A DNA stretch of 64,000 nt from Octopus vulgaris (taxonomy: Eukaryota), in the NCBI GenBank assembly GCA_951406725.2, contig OX597819.1, forward strand, positions 122,574,001 to 122,638,000, written 5' to 3'. The notes below the pieces were generated by a model. It was not told the DNA's origin. It did no database searches and worked only from the letters and a program-made list of their open reading frames with translations. A program made the translations under genes and the position numbers. Shown one piece after another: positions 59,377 to 64,000 of the stretch (within the stretch, counting starts at the first letter, position 1; every line of letters starts with the position of its first letter).

Positions 59377-59578
59377 GCATACATATATATATAAACATAT
59401 ATATATATATATTTGTAAATACATACATATATACACACACACACACATAAATATATGTGCATACACGCTTTTTGCTTTCAGCTATTACATTCTCTTCGTG
59501 ATTCTTCGTGGTTCTCATACTCCTTTAAGGGTAGATACAACCACTAAGGATTTTATCTACATTTTCTTAATTTTATAT

Positions 59579-59756
59579 AGGCGCAGGAGTGGCTGTGTGG
59601 TAAGTAGCTTGCTAACCAACCACATGGTTCCGGGTTCAGTCCCACTGCGTGGCATCTTGGGCAAGTGTCTTCTGCTATAGTCCCGGCCGGGCCGACCAAT
59701 GCCTTGTGAGTCGATTTGGTAGACGGAAACTGAAAGAAGCCTGTCGTATATATGTA

Positions 59757-59822
<66 letters not shown>

Positions 59823-60047
59823 TGTGTGTGTATATGTTTGTGTGTCTGTGTTTGTCCCCCTAGCATTGCTTGACAACCGATGCTGGTGTGTTTACGTCCC
59901 CGTAACTTAGCGGTTCGGCAAAAGAGAACGATAGAATAAGTACTGGGCTTACAAAGAATAAGTCCCGGGGTCGATTTGCTCGACTAAAGGCGGTGCTCCA
60001 GCATGGTCGCAATCAAATGACTGAAACAAGTAAAAGAGTAAAAGAGT
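59579..60047 (+). mobile_element. SINE-B full copy
   Basis: Near-identical to 32594-33010. Confidence 0.92.
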
Positions 60048-60255
60048 ATGTATACATACACACGCATGCATACTTTCACACACACACACACACGCACACA
60101 TTTTATATACAAGCAATTTAGAGGCAATTTAGTTTTGGTTATATATAGTTCATTTTACAACATTACTTTCAACAAAGCTTAAACCGTTTGCAACTACTGT
60201 ATAGAATCCTATTTTGATTTCTAAAAATACAAAGAAATCAATATACTAATATAGA

Positions 60256-60323
<68 letters not shown>

Positions 60324-61307
60324 TACATATATGCTCATATGAAGACACCAGGCGTTTAAATATTAGTATGGAAATTCATTAATTGAAATAGCAAAATAGA
60401 CAGGTACATTTATGATAAATTTGCACAGGTCATAGAAATTTACCCGGGAAATATCTGACGGAAACTTTCATTTCATTAGGCATTTTAGATTCGCCATCTC
60501 AGTTTTCCTCCATTTTTTTTCCTTTCATTTAACCTACATACATATATAAAAATCATCCAATCAGTCACACTAATGCGCTTATACAAACACACAAACATAC
60601 AACATGGCCGCTGTCTAATGACTGAAAAAAAAAAAAAGAAAAGAAAATCGCAATAGACTACATACGCGTATATACATAGGAAGTAAAACTACGCCACGTT
60701 AAATACATACAGTTATGTTTTATCGGCTTTCTTTTCTTACCTAGATTGTTTCAATACAAACTATAAACTTGCATTCAAATTGACCTTTCTTTCATGCTTC
60801 TTCGTCTCTAATTATATTTTTACGTTCATTTTGCTTTCTATTGTATTCTGTTTTGCGCTGTCTCCATTTTCTCTTCTTTTTCGTTTTACCTATTTACCTA
60901 GTGCCAATTTCTTATAAACTTTAAACTTATTTATCTGACCTTTAGTTTATATTTTCACTCCTACTATATTAACACAAAACATGTTATTTAAAAATTGTAG
61001 CAAGAATTGCAATCAGTGTAGTTCAATATACCGTTACTTATTCATATGATGAAGCGTTCTAATTTAATCTATATAAGCACCAGAACGATGTTGGATAAGT
61101 GGTTGGATAAGCCGCCAGGCACAATTTGAAGTCCTTGTCAAAACGAAAGTCATAATAGGTGTGATTCTATATTCTTCAGCTTTCACATAAGTAAACATGT
61201 TCTGTTGTTTTCCTTAAGATTACTTTAGAATAACTAACTTATATAAACATACCCACACACAAGCACGCATACATATTTACATGTGTTTATTATGTGAAGA
61301 TCAATAA

Positions 61308-61910
61308 GGTAGCACGCTGGCGGAATCTTTAGCACGGCAGGCAAAATGCTTAGTAGTATTTCGTCTGCCGCTATGTTCTGAGCTCAAATTCCGCCGAGGT
61401 TGACTTTGCTTTCATCCTTTCGGGGACGATAATTTAAGTACCTATTTCTTTATTACCCACAAGGGGCTAAACACAGAGCGGACAAACAAGGACAGACATA
61501 GGTATTAAGTCGATTACATCGACCCCAGTGCGTAACTGGTACTTAATTTATCGACCCCGAAAGGATGAAAGGCAAAGTCGACCTCAGCGGAATTTGAACT
61601 CACAACGTAACGCAGATGAAATACCGCTAAGCATTTCGCCCGGCGTGCTAACGTTTCTGCCAGCTCGCCGCCTTATTTAAGTACGATAATTTAAGTACCA
61701 GTTACGCACTGGGGTCGATGCAATCGACTTAATCCCTTTGTCTGCCCTTGGTTGTCCCCTCTATGTTTAGCTCCTTGTGGGCAATAAAGAAATAAGAAAT
61801 AAGAAATAGCACGCCAATAGATTAAGTACCAGTTAAGTACTGGGGTCGATGTAATCAACTTACCTCCTCCCCCCAAATTTCAGGCCCTGTGTCTATAGCA
61901 GAAAGGATTA
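61308..61910. mobile_element. SINE-A (+) with an antisense SINE-A nested inside (61443-61674)
   Basis: TSD acgataatttaagtacc at 61426-61442 and 61683-61699. Confidence 0.88.
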
Positions 61911-63683
61911 TGTAAAGATCAATTTCAGTAAAAATAAGTTAAATTAGTGTAAGTTATGTTACAATGCTATTTGTCGTTTGAGTTTGGCGGTTTCATTCGG
62001 TTTGGGATTTGTCATGATTTATGTTAGTAAAGTTAATGCTACGTAACCTAATTATTTCTCTCTCCTTATATAAGAGATGCGGCAGAATCGTTGGAACGCC
62101 GGAAAAATTTCCTCGTGCTATTCCTTAAGCATCCGAAACTCATCGGTCAACTTGTCTTACATCCTTCCAGCATCGATGAAATAAATTACAACTCAAGTAT
62201 TTTATCGATCCTGGTATCGACTAGCTATCTTCTCTCAAGGATGCTTATTTTGTGTCTAAATTACAAACAATCATTTATGTCTTTTTATAATGAATTTTAA
62301 GTGTTTACCTCTGAAGAACAATATTTATGCGGTATATTTGTGTGTGTGTTTGGGGGCTTTCCATTGAACATATGTTAAAAGAAAATATCTCGTATTTTCT
62401 CTTTTCGCAAATGTCTAAATATTTCCTGAGTTGGGTTTTCTTAGTTCTGGTTATATTATCTGCTGCTTGTATACTCTGACTCATTCTCATATGGCATTTT
62501 CGGTCTTATTTTTTTTACTTGCAGCTCATGTCAGTTCAAATCAGAATATATTTTTAAAGGCTATTCGCTCGCTTTTGAATTATAACACAGAACAAAGGTC
62601 CAAAAGGTCGAAATTTTCTACACTGCTCCTCCTCCCACAAATGGTATTTCTCTGCGAATGAGTCGAGGAGGTATTATATTAGCTGTACTTGGAATGCTTC
62701 CAGATCAGGGTCATATTCGAAGATTGGAAGCTTGAAGGACATTGTAAGTGGATATGAGGAGATATATATTTGCTTCCTCGACAATTGTATTGAAAGAAGG
62801 GTTGTTTTTCCACAAACAGCGTTAAGTTCCTGATTAACTTCGGCACATCTGATTGCTGTGCGTACCGGGCCTTGAAGGATAATGCATATATTGTTTTTAC
62901 AGCATAGGTTATTAAATATTGGTGCTAAACATCAGTCACTTTTGAAGGTATTTATTAGTCAGAAAATAGTCGGTTGCGTATCTACGATTGCGACTGTGTT
63001 AGGATATTTTTACAATCTTTCTGGTAACTTTATTGTGGGTGAGTTCTAGTGACTAAACAACTATAGCTAACTTTAACAGTCTTTCTACCGAAATCTTTGA
63101 ATTTGCGTGTATCTGTGCATTGCAGAGTAATGCATGTCTACTAGAATTAAACACTGTCTAATTAAATTAATAACTTCATTCACCCTAAATTCTGGATGAG
63201 CTATGTAATTTTCTTACTTCTGTGGCTACTAGTTCTAGTAGGATCTAGCTCTACATCAGTAATATTCTCATTTAGTACACTACTGTGGTAAGCGAGAAAG
63301 TAGTCGAATATATTAACACCGTCTAAAGATTGAAATATAGTTGTTGGCATCTGCGTAGTTAAGAAGTTCGCTTCGTAACGATTTCGTTTTGTCTTAGAAC
63401 CTACTATATGACACCTAAGACTAAAGTCTTCTATTCACTGTAGAGTCGTCTTGAAGAATACGCTGTAAGTGGAATTTGGCAAACTGAAACTAAGAGGAAG
63501 CGCAACAAAAGCGATGAATTGCTTTAATGAAACAGAGAATGCCAAAGGATTTCAAATGATGTCCCAACGACTGGCGGCGCTAGACAAGAGAAAAAGCGAA
63601 ATGAATGACGGTCATACATTTACACGCACACATATATACAATATATTTATGTATGTATATGTATGCATGTGCGAGTATAAATG

Positions 63684-63743
<60 letters not shown>

Positions 63744-63761
63744 CATATATATGTATGTATG

Positions 63762-63806
<45 letters not shown>

Positions 63807-63809
63807 ATA

Positions 63810-63865
<56 letters not shown>

Positions 63866-64000
63866 TATATGTATGTATGTATGTACGTATGTATGTACGT
63901 ATGTATGTGTGTGTGTACATATATACAAGCACATAGATATGATTGCGTTCCTGTATACAGACACACACACATACATTACCTTTACACCAATAAATCGATC

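Noticed and set aside
62300-63400. Unique-looking region as a decayed retroelement ORF
   Set aside because: I could not read any diagnostic motif on either strand

Overview
Gene-free, AT-rich, microsatellite-saturated eukaryotic DNA. The SINE types and repeat density suggest a cephalopod, probably Octopus (inference). I found no host gene, rRNA, bona fide tRNA or CRISPR array, and nearly all ORFs in the track are microsatellite translations. The main coding feature is a near full-length R4/Dong-clade non-LTR retrotransposon (RT + CCHC + restriction-like endonuclease, 20416-24140, minus strand, one 1-nt frameshift). It is the last member of a same-strand train of five different Dong-like families stacked in one (TAA)n tract. 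A related RLE family is associated with (CATA)n instead and appears to bracket a 2.2-kb (TATG)n array. Also present: minimal hammerhead ribozymes in Penelope-like inverted elements (one carrying a tRNA-like head), three tRNA-derived SINE families (one inserted twice into the same site of its own sequence), Helitron, mariner, maT and CR1 remnants, Merlin-, hAT- and piggyBac-type MITEs, and a ~3.3-kb duplication across a 100-N gap that is probably an assembly artefact. Family letters (Dong A-E, SINE A-C) are my window-local labels. Most element boundaries were read by eye and are approximate.
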